Assembly (NCBI GenBank): GCA_963665115.1
Contig: OY762007.1
Location: 4,576,001 to 4,640,000 of the forward strand
Reading direction: 5' to 3'
Source: an uncultured Rivularia sp.
GTDB lineage: Bacteria; Cyanobacteriota; Cyanobacteriia; Cyanobacteriales; Nostocaceae
DNA length: 64,000 nucleotides
The notes beneath the pieces are model-generated. The model had not been told where the DNA came from. It searched no databases and worked only from the letters and a program-made list of their open reading frames with translations. This document shows, in pieces, positions 21,736 through 32,586 of the stretch; position 1 is the first letter of the stretch, and every line of letters starts with the position of its first letter. A program made the position numbers and the translations under genes.

Positions 21736-21773
21736 AAGAAAGCCCTCAACATTGTTACACTGAGGGCTTTCTT
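21736..21773. terminator. Bidirectional terminator between convergent genes
   Basis: AAGAAAGCCCTCA / TGAGGGCTTTCTT. Confidence 0.7.
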
Positions 21774-21814
21774 TATAGAAATTTATGCTGTCACAGAAGC
21801 ACTTCATTATTCTG

Positions 21815-22048
21815 CTATTTACCGATTCGCTTACCAGCATAAGTATCAACAACAACATAAGCAGGTACGCGCTCCATGTAATCAGTTTCCTTACCAGTAA
21901 AGGATTTAGCTAAAAAATCAAAAGACTCAGAACCCCAATTACGTTCATGGATGGGCTTGCTTTGTTCTCCTCGGAAATATGCTTGACTACCTATTAATGC
22001 AGCGGCTACCCAAGCTACAGCAAATAGTGAAATTAATATAGTCATCAT
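21815..22048 (-). CDS. Small membrane protein, Psb35-related family
   Basis: N-terminal TM helix ..GSQAYFRGEQSKPIHERNW; family assignment from recall. Confidence 0.65.
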   Translation of the reverse strand: MMTILISLFAVAWVAAALIGSQAYFRGEQSKPIHERNWGSESFDFLAKSFTGKETDYMERVPAYVVVDTYAGKRIGK

Positions 22049-22083
22049 GTTACTTGTTGCCTCAAATTAAATTTTTGTTTCTT

Positions 22084-22101
22084 TATGTAAACAAAAGTAA
22101 C
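22084..22101 (-). promoter_or_regulatory. HLR1-like (RpaB) direct repeat
   Basis: GTTACTTT-TG-TTTACATA on the minus strand ~36 nt upstream of the gene. Confidence 0.55.
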
Positions 22102-22326
22102 AAAAAACCATAAGCCAGCTAAAGGTGTGTTAACCGATTTGTAAGGTAGGGTATTCCACCTTGCGTTATTGCGTATGAACTGAAATTGAAGATAAATTTA
22201 TTGTTCCACGTGCCGCGATTTATCGCTCGCATTTAAGGCTAAAGCCCCGATTGCGAACTTGATATAAGTTAATATTTCGATAGAGCAGAGAAATCTGCGT
22301 ACTCTAACGAAGATAATCAAAAAGAA

Positions 22327-23736
22327 TTAATCTCCACCTAATTCCACAAGTTTACCTATATTAAAATCTATCCTTGTCCAACCTTTTAATTTGGATAAGT
22401 TTTTCAGCAATAGCAAAGAAATTTGCCAATGATGCACCATTAAGAATGGTAGAGAATCGTTGAATGTGTAAATAGCGTCTGTACCTCGGAACATATTCTT
22501 AATCCAATTGCCTAATTGAGAAAAAGAACGAATTTCATTTAGTCGCCAAAATTCATGGTAAGTCCAATAAGTTGGTTTGCTATTGGGTAAAGCTTGTAAA
22601 GGTTCTGCGATAGCTTCTTTACTCAAGTAAGCATCGGCTGCTTGTTGCAATTGATCGTGAAATATAGTAATTGCAGAATGAGTGCGAGGATTACATTCAA
22701 TGGCATAGATATTTCCGTCTTCGGCTTCGATAAAATCAAAAGAAAGTTGCCCGGTAACTCCTAATTCTTTAACAAAGTGCGTTACCCATTCACGAATTTT
22801 TGAATGCTCTACGTTTTCGTAGTTGACTTGAAAAGCTGAAGATTCGCAACAACAATGCAGTCTTACCACACCGTCTCGAATGGTACTATGAGTACAGTAT
22901 TCTTTGCCAGGAATAAATTCTTGCATTATCCAAGGCTTTTGAGAACTAATTGGTAAGCTTCGTATAAAAGCTTCTGTTTCTTCTGGAGTGTCGCAAGGAA
23001 GCTTTGTTAAATCCAAACGTCTTACTGAATCGTAAGGAATGCTTTTAATAATGTATTTGCGAGTCTCTTGAGAAAAATCAAAATTTAAAACTTGTTCGGG
23101 ATTAGTTATTTTAAAAGACTTAGGAACCGATAAACCAAAACTTTGGGCTTTTTCGCTAAATGCAAATTTATCATCGAGCATTTCGCAGGTAGCAGCATCT
23201 ATATGAAATACTTCGCAGTGTTCTGATAAAGTTTGTTTTGCTAAAGCATCATAGTAGCTAGCAATTGGGCTTGTTACCGGAATATATATATCAATGTTTT
23301 CTTTATTAACAATATCTATTAAAGCTTGAGTATAAACTTGTGAATCTTTTTGCGGAACGGGAGTTGTATAAAATTTATCTACAGCCTGAGAAAATCGATG
23401 TCCCGACAGCCAATATTTATGGGTTTCACTTAGCACTACCCGATGTCCTGCGGCATGAAAAAAACGCGCAAGCTGTAGTGCTTTGGTCATTTTTCCACCG
23501 CTAATAAGAATATTCTTCTTTTCGGTAGCTGTTGTTGTTGTCTGTTTTTTTTGAAACGGGAAAGTCAGTATATTTAAGAGTAACGATATAAGAACTATGG
23601 TGGCGTTAATTGGTAAGGCTAGCAAAAGTAAAGTTAAAGTTGCTAGATTTTGAAATAACGCGACAAAACGCATACCTATCGAAATAGGCGGTGTTGCTGG
23701 TGGAGATGAAGAAACAGAAATAGATGATTGTGCCAT
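22327..23736 (-). CDS. mysC: ATP-grasp ligase, mycosporine-glycine synthase
   Basis: GGKMTKALQLAR, LDDKFAF, WIMQEFIPGKEYCTH, IECNPRTHSA; follows mysB. Confidence 0.92.
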   Translation of the reverse strand: MAQSSISVSSSPPATPPISIGMRFVALFQNLATLTLLLLALPINATIVLISLLLNILTFPFQKKQTTTTATEKKNILISGGKMTKALQLARFFHAAGHRVVLSETHKYWLSGHRFSQAVDKFYTTPVPQKDSQVYTQALIDIVNKENIDIYIPVTSPIASYYDALAKQTLSEHCEVFHIDAATCEMLDDKFAFSEKAQSFGLSVPKSFKITNPEQVLNFDFSQETRKYIIKSIPYDSVRRLDLTKLPCDTPEETEAFIRSLPISSQKPWIMQEFIPGKEYCTHSTIRDGVVRLHCCCESSAFQVNYENVEHSKIREWVTHFVKELGVTGQLSFDFIEAEDGNIYAIECNPRTHSAITIFHDQLQQAADAYLSKEAIAEPLQALPNSKPTYWTYHEFWRLNEIRSFSQLGNWIKNMFRGTDAIYTFNDSLPFLMVHHWQISLLLLKNLSKLKGWTRIDFNIGKLVELGGD

Positions 23737-23842
23737 TTTTGAGTAAGAGTAGAGAAAATGTTACCTGTGTTTTTAAAGGTAATTTATAACTTTTACCCTC
23801 CTCAAGAAAAGAAGGCAAAAGTTATAAGTTTGACAGAGCTTG

Positions 23843-24679
23843 TTATTTTACTCGCCGGATGATGGTTAAACCGTCTCGTACCGGAAGTAGCACTTGTTCG
23901 ACACGTTTATCTTCAGCTACGGTGCGGTTAAATTCGGCGATCGCCTTTCCGTTGGCAGTACGTTCTGCTATCTGTAGATAAGGCTGTCCTTGAAGCAATG
24001 TATTATCAACGCAGATAAACCCGGATGGGGCTAATAAGTTTTTCTCTAAGAGGGTGTTGAAATAATCTACGTACCCTGCTTTGTCTGCATCAATAAACAC
24101 GAATTCAAATGACTCCCCCGATGCTGCGAGTTTATCCAAAGTTTCGCCTGCTGGGCCTATTTCAACTTGGATTTTTTCGCCGTGAGGAGATTCCCGAAAA
24201 GCAGCTTTACCGAACTCTGCTGTATAAGGGTCAACTTCACAAGCAATCAGTTTCCCGTCTGCGGGTAATGCTTCTGCCATTGCTAGAGCAGAATAGCCCG
24301 TAAACATACCGATTTCCAGTACTTGCTTGGCTTGGATCATATGGATAAACATTTTCAATGTTTGTCCTTCTATATGACCGGAAAGCATTTCCTGTTCTAA
24401 AGCGACAACGGTTTCCCCTCGATTAAAACGATTGTTCCACTGCTCTCGCGCTGTTTTATCGGCAAGGGCTGTTAAAGCTGCCGATTCAGAGGTGGTGCAT
24501 TCTTCTAAATAAGGATCTAAACCCGATGCTAAACCGGAAGCTTTTAGCAGCTTTTCTTTAACTTGTGCTGGCAACGTTTCTTTATCCAATGCTTGCACAA
24601 CGGCTTCTAATTCCTGCGCCAATATCCCTAAAGGCGTAACAGGTCTGCTGGCTACTGGCTTCTGTACAACACCCGTCAT
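23843..24679 (-). CDS. mysB: O-methyltransferase of MAA biosynthesis
   Basis: RPVTPLGIL, EMLSGHIEGQ, LEIGMFTGYS, FIDADK. Confidence 0.93.
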   Translation of the reverse strand: MTGVVQKPVASRPVTPLGILAQELEAVVQALDKETLPAQVKEKLLKASGLASGLDPYLEECTTSESAALTALADKTAREQWNNRFNRGETVVALEQEMLSGHIEGQTLKMFIHMIQAKQVLEIGMFTGYSALAMAEALPADGKLIACEVDPYTAEFGKAAFRESPHGEKIQVEIGPAGETLDKLAASGESFEFVFIDADKAGYVDYFNTLLEKNLLAPSGFICVDNTLLQGQPYLQIAERTANGKAIAEFNRTVAEDKRVEQVLLPVRDGLTIIRRVK

Positions 24680-25920
24680 TAGCTTTCACTCCCTACAAGT
24701 TCAGCTTCTGATTCAGAATAAACTGGGTACATATCAACCCCTTCACCACCGCGAGGGAATTTCTGACAAATTTCTTTGTGTTCTGCTAAAGCTTCAGCTA
24801 ATTCTTCGCGGGTTAAATCGTTAGCAAAGAAGCATTCGCCAATTGGTTTGGGCATTGCGGCTCTTTGCTTACCGTCTCTTGTTAAAGAAATAGATTCAGT
24901 TGCATCCCACAAAAGGTCTGCTTCTAGTAAAGGATGATCGAGAGAAAGTCCAATTCGGCTCATTGTGCCTAAAATACGATCTCTATCTTCGGAGCTAATA
25001 TAACCTCTCTTCGCTGCAATAGTCGCAGATAAAGCCATATCGATATTGACTGCATGACCGTGGAAAATAGGTACGCGGGGTGCTAATTCTAAAGTAGGAC
25101 TCCAACTATGACCATAGGCTATAACTCGATCTAGGTCTAATTCGTGTAAGTTGGGTACTTCATATTCCAACATTTTCTTGATGGCTTTGTAAGTCAACTT
25201 ATGAGCGACTTCTTTGATTTCCTCTGTAGCATCAATGTTACCGAAGTGAGTGCGAAGTAATTCTTCACCGTATTCTTCGAGCAATTCAAATACTTCTTTG
25301 TGCCCAACTACGGCAATTTTGACTAATTCGGCCATACCGTTGCGTACTTGATCGGTTGGTAAGGTGCCTAAGAAGGAGAAATCAAGGAATACTTTAGAGG
25401 AAGCATGGTAAGCACCAAGACGATTTTTCAGCTTCTTATGGTTGACTGCTACCTTGATAGCAACGCTAGCGTCAATCAAACCAATCAAAGTAGTAGGGAT
25501 GCGAATATAATTACTGCTACGACGATAAGTAGAACAGGCAAAACCTGCAACATCTGTTACCAATCCACCACCGATTACCAAAACAGGCTCTTTACGAACC
25601 AGCTTAAAATCAGCGAATGCATCTATAATCTTCTCGAAACTTTGAATTGTTTTATTAGGCTCGGTGATAGTTACCGGAAAAGCTGTTACGTCAATGTTGT
25701 AATGCTCGAAGTACTGCTGCATTTTCTTGCTGAAATGCTTGTAGACATTAGAATCTACAACAGCCAAGCATCGCCCAAATTTCTCATAGCACTCTGCTAA
25801 TTCTGGATTATTGATGTCAAATATCCCATCAACATAGACGAGGCTATACTCAATTTTTTCATAAGCTTCTATATGAAAAGCAGATTCAGTAGCTTCTAAC
25901 TTTGACTGAACAATACTCAT
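24679..25920 (-). CDS. mysA: Demethyl-4-deoxygadusol synthase (sedoheptulose-7-phosphate cyclase)
   Basis: [50 protein letters not shown]. Confidence 0.94.
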   Translation of the reverse strand: MSIVQSKLEATESAFHIEAYEKIEYSLVYVDGIFDINNPELAECYEKFGRCLAVVDSNVYKHFSKKMQQYFEHYNIDVTAFPVTITEPNKTIQSFEKIIDAFADFKLVRKEPVLVIGGGLVTDVAGFACSTYRRSSNYIRIPTTLIGLIDASVAIKVAVNHKKLKNRLGAYHASSKVFLDFSFLGTLPTDQVRNGMAELVKIAVVGHKEVFELLEEYGEELLRTHFGNIDATEEIKEVAHKLTYKAIKKMLEYEVPNLHELDLDRVIAYGHSWSPTLELAPRVPIFHGHAVNIDMALSATIAAKRGYISSEDRDRILGTMSRIGLSLDHPLLEADLLWDATESISLTRDGKQRAAMPKPIGECFFANDLTREELAEALAEHKEICQKFPRGGEGVDMYPVYSESEAELVGSES

Positions 25921-25959
25921 AGCTGTTGAAATCCCCGTTAATGAAATTTTTACTTGTAA

Positions 25960-27340
25960 ATGTGCGTTAGATAATCTACCTTGAGCGGTAGATTATGCAG
26001 AGTCTCTCTGCATTTAGTAAGATTTTGCCGCAATCTGTTACAGTCGCTAACTTTCGGGTACTGTTTGATTGAGAAATTTCTTTTTAAAACAAGCTTCTCA
26101 AAGCAGTCACGAGTCTCGAAAGCAGAGGGAGAAAAAGAGGCAAACGTAATGTACCAACCTTTCTGCTAATGGTAAAGATAAGTGTTTCGTTTCCAAAGCT
26201 ATCGCCTACCCGAAGCCGGCATTCTTGGTGTTGAAAGCTCACGTTGGAGAATGAAACAGTGCATAAACTTATTTAACCCAACCAAAAACAGCCTTAAATC
26301 TGGACGAATTTTTAAGACTTTCGATTGAAAAGCAGGATAATTACATACAGTTCCTCTAGGTTTAACCCTGTTTAACAAACTATAATTACGGGAAAAAAGG
26401 CTTGTGTGACTTTAATTCTGGATTATGAGCCAGCAGTCAAGCAGTTCGGTTAACCGCTTAAATTGACAAAGAAATAGACCACTTTATTACAGTACCATTC
26501 GTTGCACCTTATTTAACAACCAATATAAAGACAAATTTTCTTTTACCTTCTTCAATCAAGGTAATTTCTATCTCTTAGATGAGAAATTTTAGCTATCTCA
26601 AGTCAAGAGCGATTGCTTCCACGTACTTGAATACCATAATTTGAGATCCGGCATAAAGAGAGTTGGTTAAGTGCCGTACTGTCGGCGACAGTCGCTTAGC
26701 GCAACAATTAGCCATTCTAGAGTTGCCAAATACATTTAAATTGTTAATACTGAATTCGGCCAGTATTGAAATGGAATTCTGTCTATTGTGAATCAAGTAC
26801 CTTTACTCAAACAGGACAGCAGTTAAAGATTCTAGCTTTATCATTTACGTCCCGTAAGGAACGCAAATTTTACCTATGCCAATTTATGAAAGTTCTCCGA
26901 ACTTGTCTTCTGCTTCTACTTCGCAGAAATTCTACCGTAGCAAAAAGCTCCTCTCGGTAGTCTCCAGGCTTATGCTTAAGATTGCAGCCTAGATTTACAT
27001 TCAAGGAAGGGTCTGATGGCTTGTTGATTATCGCAGACTTGGACATTCCTTTTGAATCCTGAAGCTGAACATTAACTGAGCTTATCTCGGATGCTTTAAT
27101 TAACCCGCCTTCCACAGTTGGGTACTTCCACTCACGTTTGATTGGATAATACTAGTTAGTGTTTAAACAAACAATAATCCACAAACTGCTGCTAGACAAA
27201 TTAATCGCTACTACAGACAGAGTAAAACACGATAATAGCGGTTCTTCAGATTGAAGCCGTATCGCTCAGTTCTATACGGTTTGCAAAACCGAATTTTCGA
27301 TATTTTAGATCGTTCCGCAATCTATAGGAACAATACAAGA
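25960..27340. other. ~1.4-kb ORF-free, densely base-paired region upstream of mysA (candidate long leader or large ncRNA)
   Basis: More than ten stems, including nested long-range pairings; only short ORFs with no recognisable product. See findings. Confidence 0.5.
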
Positions 27341-27346
27341 TGCTAA

Positions 27347-27377
27347 AACTTACCCCGGAGATAGAAAGATTTGTCAA
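27347..27377 (-). promoter_or_regulatory. Candidate promoter facing mysA: TTGACA (27377-27372) and GGGTAAGTT (27355-27347, SigF-like)
   Basis: Sequence match only; lies at the boundary between the structured region and AT-rich DNA. Confidence 0.4.
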
Positions 27378-27890
27378 GATAGGTTGAATGTTTTACTTGT
27401 GTTGGTAATTTTTACTGTATCAAAAATTTGATAAAAAGTTTAATTTTTTTATTTAAAATAAAAATTTTTTTTTGCGGTCGAAGTAGAATCGACTTGCATT
27501 GGATTATTTCAACTGTCCCAGGGATTGATTATATCAGACTATAGACTGATATTAAATGCGATTTGAATATTAAAATAATTCAGATTTTATTTAGATTTAG
27601 CCGCAGTGAATCTTGCTTGAGATTTATAGTTAAGTTATTTTCAGGGACATTAGTCCGGCAGTTTAAATGTAAAACAAACAACTGAGTATTATATTTATAT
27701 ACTGAATAGTTGTGGAACTAAAACGATTATTTTTGATAAATAAGAGTAATATTGGAGTTTTTTTAGCTAAAAATTCATAGTTTTAGATTAATTAAAAATG
27801 ACGTTGTATTATTTATTACATTTAATCTAAAAGCAAAGCGAACAGGAAACAGCAGATAGGAAAAATAAATATTTACTAAAAACCTAAAAA

Positions 27891-27915
27891 AAAGACAGGT
27901 AAGGTACCTGTCTTT
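27891..27915 (-). terminator. Terminator of petCA
   Basis: AAAGACAGGT / ACCTGTCTTT hairpin with a T-run on the minus strand. Confidence 0.7.
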
Positions 27916-28072
27916 AGATTAATAATTCAGCTTGATGGCAATAAGCGTTACTCTAAGGAGTCGTGCCACGCTGTTGCTTGCGTCGCCTGTTAGCAGAGCG
28001 TGTCCGATAGGACGTAAGGCGGCGATACACCGCGAAGTGCAGCTCAGCTTAATGCATAAAGGCATAACGCGA

Positions 28073-29071
28073 TTAAAAGTTCATTTCAGCAGCTTGAACT
28101 TTCTCAACTTGCTTCTTCTTGAGGACAAGCATGATTTGAGCCATCATTGTCAGGGCTACAAATGCCATCAGTCCTCTGACTCTGCCTGCGCTTTGCAGTA
28201 CTATTTCTGTGTCATGCTGACCAAAACCGCCTACATTAGGGTTATTGGTTAAAGCTTCACCTGCTGCAACTTCTTGTCCTTCAGAAACAATTAATTGGGG
28301 TCCTGCGGGAATCGAAGTAGTGATGGTTTCCCCTTCTGGAGTTTGAACGTTCACAGCATACTTTGTACCACCAAAATCGTCTTCTTCTTTGGCAATTTTG
28401 GTAATCGTGCCAGTAGATTTAGTTACGAAAAGGTTATTATTGCTATTTTCGCCGGTAGGATAAACTTGTCCGCGTCCTCGGTTTCCACCAACGTAAACGC
28501 CGTATTTGCCGAAGTGGACATTTTTGTCAGTCGCGGGGTTCGGAGAAAGAATTGGGAAAACGATTTCTTGGTACTGTTCTCCTGGAAGCGGACCGACTAA
28601 ATAGATATTATCTTTCTCTTCGCTGTAAGGTTGGAAGTAAACATCGCCGACTTCCTCTTTCAACTCTTCGGATATGCGTTCGGGAGGAGCCAGTTTAAAC
28701 CCTTCGGGCAACATTAATACGGCACCAACATTTAAACCAACCTTGGAACCGTCAGCGCCTACTTGCTGGACGCTTGTATCGTAAGGAATTTTAACTACCG
28801 CTTTAAATACGGTATCCGGCAATACTGCTTGAGGTACTTCTACATCAGTATTTTTTGCAGCTAAGTGGCAGTTAGCGCAAACAATCCGTCCTGTAGGTTC
28901 TCTTGGTGTCTCCGGATATGCAGCTTGTGCCCAGAAAGGATAAGCAGCAGCAGTTTGGGGAACTGCTAAATCGCTGGCGAACAAAAATGTCACCGTGGCG
29001 ATCGCCACAAGCAATGTTTTGGAAATCGCTTTAAATACGCGACTTAACCGAGTCGTACAATTGTTTCTCAT
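28073..29071 (-). CDS. petA: Apocytochrome f
   Basis: YPFWAQ, CANCH heme motif, [17 protein letters not shown]. Confidence 0.98.
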   Translation of the reverse strand: MRNNCTTRLSRVFKAISKTLLVAIATVTFLFASDLAVPQTAAAYPFWAQAAYPETPREPTGRIVCANCHLAAKNTDVEVPQAVLPDTVFKAVVKIPYDTSVQQVGADGSKVGLNVGAVLMLPEGFKLAPPERISEELKEEVGDVYFQPYSEEKDNIYLVGPLPGEQYQEIVFPILSPNPATDKNVHFGKYGVYVGGNRGRGQVYPTGENSNNNLFVTKSTGTITKIAKEEDDFGGTKYAVNVQTPEGETITTSIPAGPQLIVSEGQEVAAGEALTNNPNVGGFGQHDTEIVLQSAGRVRGLMAFVALTMMAQIMLVLKKKQVEKVQAAEMNF

Positions 29072-29280
29072 CTCTTCTTCGGAATTGGTCGTTAGTTATT
29101 AGTTATTAGTTCTTGTCTCAAGAACTCGGAATGCAGGATTAAAATAAGCAACAGCTAACAGCCAGCAGTTATTAGAATTGACCTCAAGAAGAAATTAACG
29201 TTCTAGGCGGGAATATAGCTCGCGTTACCGATTGAAGCCGTAAAATACTGATAACTAATTACTGGTCACTGTTAACTGGT

Positions 29281-29820
29281 TTAAGCCCACCAAGGATCTT
29301 CGTCGGTACGGAAATCAGTTTCAGTCCAAGGAGTAATCACCATTTGGTCATCTTGTACCGTGACATGACTCAAGGCTAAAGATAATGGTGCAGGACCGCG
29401 AACTACTTTACCAGTAGCATCATATTGGGAACCGTGACAGGGACACTTAAATTTATTTTCAGCAATATTCCAAGGTACAACGCAACCCAAGTGGGTACAG
29501 ATAGCGTTGATTCCATAATCTTGAATGGATTCGCTTCCATCTACCACAATGTATGTAGGGTCGCCTTTTAGTCCCTGTACCAAAGTGCGATCGCCTTCGT
29601 TGTGCTTACCTAAAAAATCAGAAACGCTGACAGTATCACCAAGTTCATCTTTAGCTGTGGTACCACCACCAGCACCACCACTCGAAGGCGGAAGAAAATA
29701 CTTGACAACGGGATACAATACTCCCAGAGCGACTCCGGACACAGTTCCGAAAGTCAGAAGATTCATGAATTGCCGACGACCCATATCGGGTACGTCCATT
29801 GATTCAGAGAATTGAGCCAT
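29281..29820 (-). CDS. petC: Cytochrome b6f Rieske iron-sulfur subunit
   Basis: CTHLGC and CPCHGS; N-terminal RRQFMN. Confidence 0.98.
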   Translation of the reverse strand: MAQFSESMDVPDMGRRQFMNLLTFGTVSGVALGVLYPVVKYFLPPSSGGAGGGTTAKDELGDTVSVSDFLGKHNEGDRTLVQGLKGDPTYIVVDGSESIQDYGINAICTHLGCVVPWNIAENKFKCPCHGSQYDATGKVVRGPAPLSLALSHVTVQDDQMVITPWTETDFRTDEDPWWA

Positions 29821-30047
29821 AATCTACGGGTTCGAGGTTGATTTTTGTTAACTTTTTTTGACCTGAGTTCTTTATTATTGGGAAACTCCAGTCTTGGATT
29901 GCCCATGCCCTATATAAATGCCTTCTGCTATCTTCAGATATTCAAAGGCATTCTTTGTTTAGCATTACATTTCTTTATATTCCTATCATACTGGAGTTAC
30001 GGAACTTCACATCATTACTAAATGTAAATAAAACCAAAAGTAAAGTT

Positions 30048-30356
30048 ATGACAGGACAAGAATTACGTCAAATATTGATTGAGAAATGGGGACGTTCTTA
30101 TGATGTTCAGTTGCGTCGCACACAAGGCAAACTTTTTCTACAGGTGATGTGGAAATATTTGGAGCAAGCTTCGTTTCCTTTGGATGAGAACGAGTACCTC
30201 GAACATTTGGATAGCGTAGCGAGTTATCTTGATGGAATGGGTGGAACTGAGCAGGTACAGGGATTTATTCAGGAAACGCGAGAACGTCCGCGACTTGGTA
30301 AAGCTGTTAGCGTTCCTTTGGATTTAGGCGAGCGTACTTCCGAGTGGATATTATAG
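30048..30356 (+). CDS. DUF3067 family protein
   Basis: KWGRSYDVQL..QVMWKYLEQASFP..RPRLGKAVS; conserved divergent position next to petC. Confidence 0.85.
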   Translation: MTGQELRQILIEKWGRSYDVQLRRTQGKLFLQVMWKYLEQASFPLDENEYLEHLDSVASYLDGMGGTEQVQGFIQETRERPRLGKAVSVPLDLGERTSEWIL

Positions 30357-30704
30357 CTTTTTCAAATTAATAAGGCTACAGCATTATTTCTCATTAGAAA
30401 CGCGATAGTTTTGTGAGAAATTTTATTAGTGACAACGTGGCGTAGCCACAAATACTAGTTTGTATAGGGAACGGGGAAAGGGGAACGGGGAACAGAATTT
30501 ATACGAAGCTTTTCAAAGTTAGAATATAACTTTTATAAATAGAAATAAAATAGTTGAAATTTTATGATTTTGGCATGGAAATATTTTAGATTGTAATAGT
30601 TTAGTCAATCCATCTATCGGATTTTTTTATAATTATTGGTATCATTATGTATTATTTTTTTTTCATATCGTTCTCCGTTTCCTGCTCTCTACCCCCTTAA
30701 ATAT

Positions 30705-31022
30705 ATGACAAATAATAAGTTAGAAACTTGGGAAAACAAAGTTCTCAAAAGTTATCTTGATGGTATTAGAATAATTAGAATTCCTGCATCTAGAAAAAAG
30801 CGTTTTGTAGTACTTCGATGGTTGGTAAGAAAGTTTGAGCTAGATTTAATTTATCAAGAATCTCAAGTAAATGAGATTATTAGTAACCACCATTCAGATT
30901 TTGCAACTTTGAGAAGGGAATTGATCGGCTATCAGCTTATGGGAAGAGAAAATAGTTTGTACTGGCGTAACCCTGCTTCTTTATGGAAGTCGGAGAATGA
31001 AATTATGCAACATAGAATTTGA
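30705..31022 (+). CDS. DUF2087 family protein
   Basis: IPASRKKR..YQESQVN..DFATLRRELI..YWR. Confidence 0.75.
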   Translation: MTNNKLETWENKVLKSYLDGIRIIRIPASRKKRFVVLRWLVRKFELDLIYQESQVNEIISNHHSDFATLRRELIGYQLMGRENSLYWRNPASLWKSENEIMQHRI

Positions 31023-31087
31023 AAGAGGTAATTGGTAATTGATAATTGGTAATAGGAGCATTCCAATTGTTGAAAAATCCGCAGGTA

Positions 31088-31136
31088 GAGCATCTTGCTC
31101 GCTCGGGAGTGTCAGCGAGCAAGATGCTCGCACTAC
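31088..31136. repeat. Inverted pair of the GCGAGCAAGATGCTCGCACTAC dispersed palindrome
   Basis: Same core as in the MITEs at 16111 and 21344 and the copies at ~43827 and ~49182. Confidence 0.8.
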
Positions 31137-31147
31137 AATATTAAAAA

Positions 31148-31480
31148 TCAAAATACTCTTTTACCTAAAGTAACTTCTCTATCTGGTTGAATTAATACAA
31201 CCTCACCATCATCAAGTACTACACCTAACACTAAAACTTCAGACATAAAATCGGCAATTTGGCGCGGTGGAAAGTTAGTTACGGCTAATATTGATTTATT
31301 GATTAAATCTTCTTGCTGGTAAAGTTTGGTAATTTGAGCGCTAGATTTTTTAACTCCCAAATTACCAAAGTCTATCCACAATTTGTAAGCAGGTTTCCTT
31401 GCATTAGGGAAATCTTCGGCTTTGATTATTTTCCCGACGCGAATTTCTACTTTCTCAAAGTCTTCGTAGGTAATTTGCAT
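31148..31480 (-). CDS. csaA: tRNA-binding/export chaperone CsaA
   Basis: EIRVGKII..PAYKLWIDFG..SSAQIT..NFPPRQI..SEVLVLG. Confidence 0.9.
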   Translation of the reverse strand: MQITYEDFEKVEIRVGKIIKAEDFPNARKPAYKLWIDFGNLGVKKSSAQITKLYQQEDLINKSILAVTNFPPRQIADFMSEVLVLGVVLDDGEVVLIQPDREVTLGKRVF

Positions 31481-31493
31481 TATTTACCTATTA

Positions 31494-32282
31494 TCATTTA
31501 CCAATCAATTTAACTAAACCAATTCCACCAAAGTATAATCCTAAAACTGCTCCTGCTAAAAGACTTTGGGTAAGTGGATCTGTGGAAGGTGTAAGAATGG
31601 CTCCTAGAACTACCGCTCCCATAATCACATAACGCCAGCCCGAAATCATTACTTTGGAAGAAACAATTCCCAAAGCACCAAGTAACAATTGAATTACGGG
31701 AATTTGGAAAGCTAAACCCGTACTAAATAGCAATAATAAAACGAATTCAAAATATTTATCAATTGACCAACTCTGCTCTACTACATCCGCACCATAATTA
31801 ATGAAAAAATTCAAAGCTGCGGGAATTAGCGCAAAGTAAGCAAATACCAATCCCGATAGAAATAGTACGGTAGAACCCATAAATACGGGTATAAGTAAAC
31901 GACGTTCCCTTCGAGTTAATCCCGGTAGAACAAATTGAACGAGTTGATATAAAACAAATGGGCTAGCTAAAACTAAGCCACTATAACCAGCTACTTTGAT
32001 AGATACGAAAAAATATTCACCGGGAGCAAGTTGAAGAAACTTGACTCCTTGGGCTGGTATTTCCAGCAGTTGGACAATTTGCTTAACGAAAATGAAACAG
32101 GCGATCGCACTTAACACTACGGCTATCAGCGAATAAAAAATCCGCGATCGCAATTCTTCTAAATGATCGAAAAGCGACATTTCAACTTCACCGGGTAACT
32201 CCGAAAGAAATTCCGATTCCGAAGTAGTATCAACGTCAACATCTTTTGTGGTAGTAGTTTCAGCTTCTGAAGAACGAGACAT
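31494..32282 (-). CDS. tatC: Twin-arginine translocase TatC
   Basis: [31 protein letters not shown]. Confidence 0.96.
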   Translation of the reverse strand: MSRSSEAETTTTKDVDVDTTSESEFLSELPGEVEMSLFDHLEELRSRIFYSLIAVVLSAIACFIFVKQIVQLLEIPAQGVKFLQLAPGEYFFVSIKVAGYSGLVLASPFVLYQLVQFVLPGLTRRERRLLIPVFMGSTVLFLSGLVFAYFALIPAALNFFINYGADVVEQSWSIDKYFEFVLLLLFSTGLAFQIPVIQLLLGALGIVSSKVMISGWRYVIMGAVVLGAILTPSTDPLTQSLLAGAVLGLYFGGIGLVKLIGK

Positions 32283-32586
32283 ATTAAATCAGTTATCAGT
32301 GAACAGTTAGGAGTTAGGAGTTAAAGAGAGTGGAGGAAGCGGAGAAAGAAAATAAAAATTGATAAAGAAAATCAATTGCTTCCCTTGCCTCCTCTGCTTT
32401 ATTTCCCCACTCTACCCCCTCTCCCCACTCTATGTTTTTAATTTTTATCCGGTTTTCCCAAAAAAGGGCTGGATAAGTTATCAGAAAAGTGTAAGTTGAT
32501 TGTCAATTTACGCGGCACGTAAAAGGTTCGTTTGTCTGAGAGGGAGTCTACTATGACGTAACCTACAATTCTACTTGAGGTTAAAG

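Noticed and set aside
25981..27115. Short ORFs (62-81 aa) upstream of mysA
   Set aside because: On both strands, with no clear RBS or motif. A leader peptide cannot be excluded but is unsupported.
25962..27325. ORF-less group II intron (GTGCG at 25962; AGCCGTAT..ATACGGTT domain-V-like hairpin at 27255)
   Set aside because: The hairpin lacks the domain V upper stem, GNRA loop and AC bulge, and there is no convincing domain VI. Kept only as an unexplained structured region.
27932..28252. 106-aa plus-strand ORF
   Set aside because: Overlaps petA antisense and a GC-rich composite repeat; no protein features.
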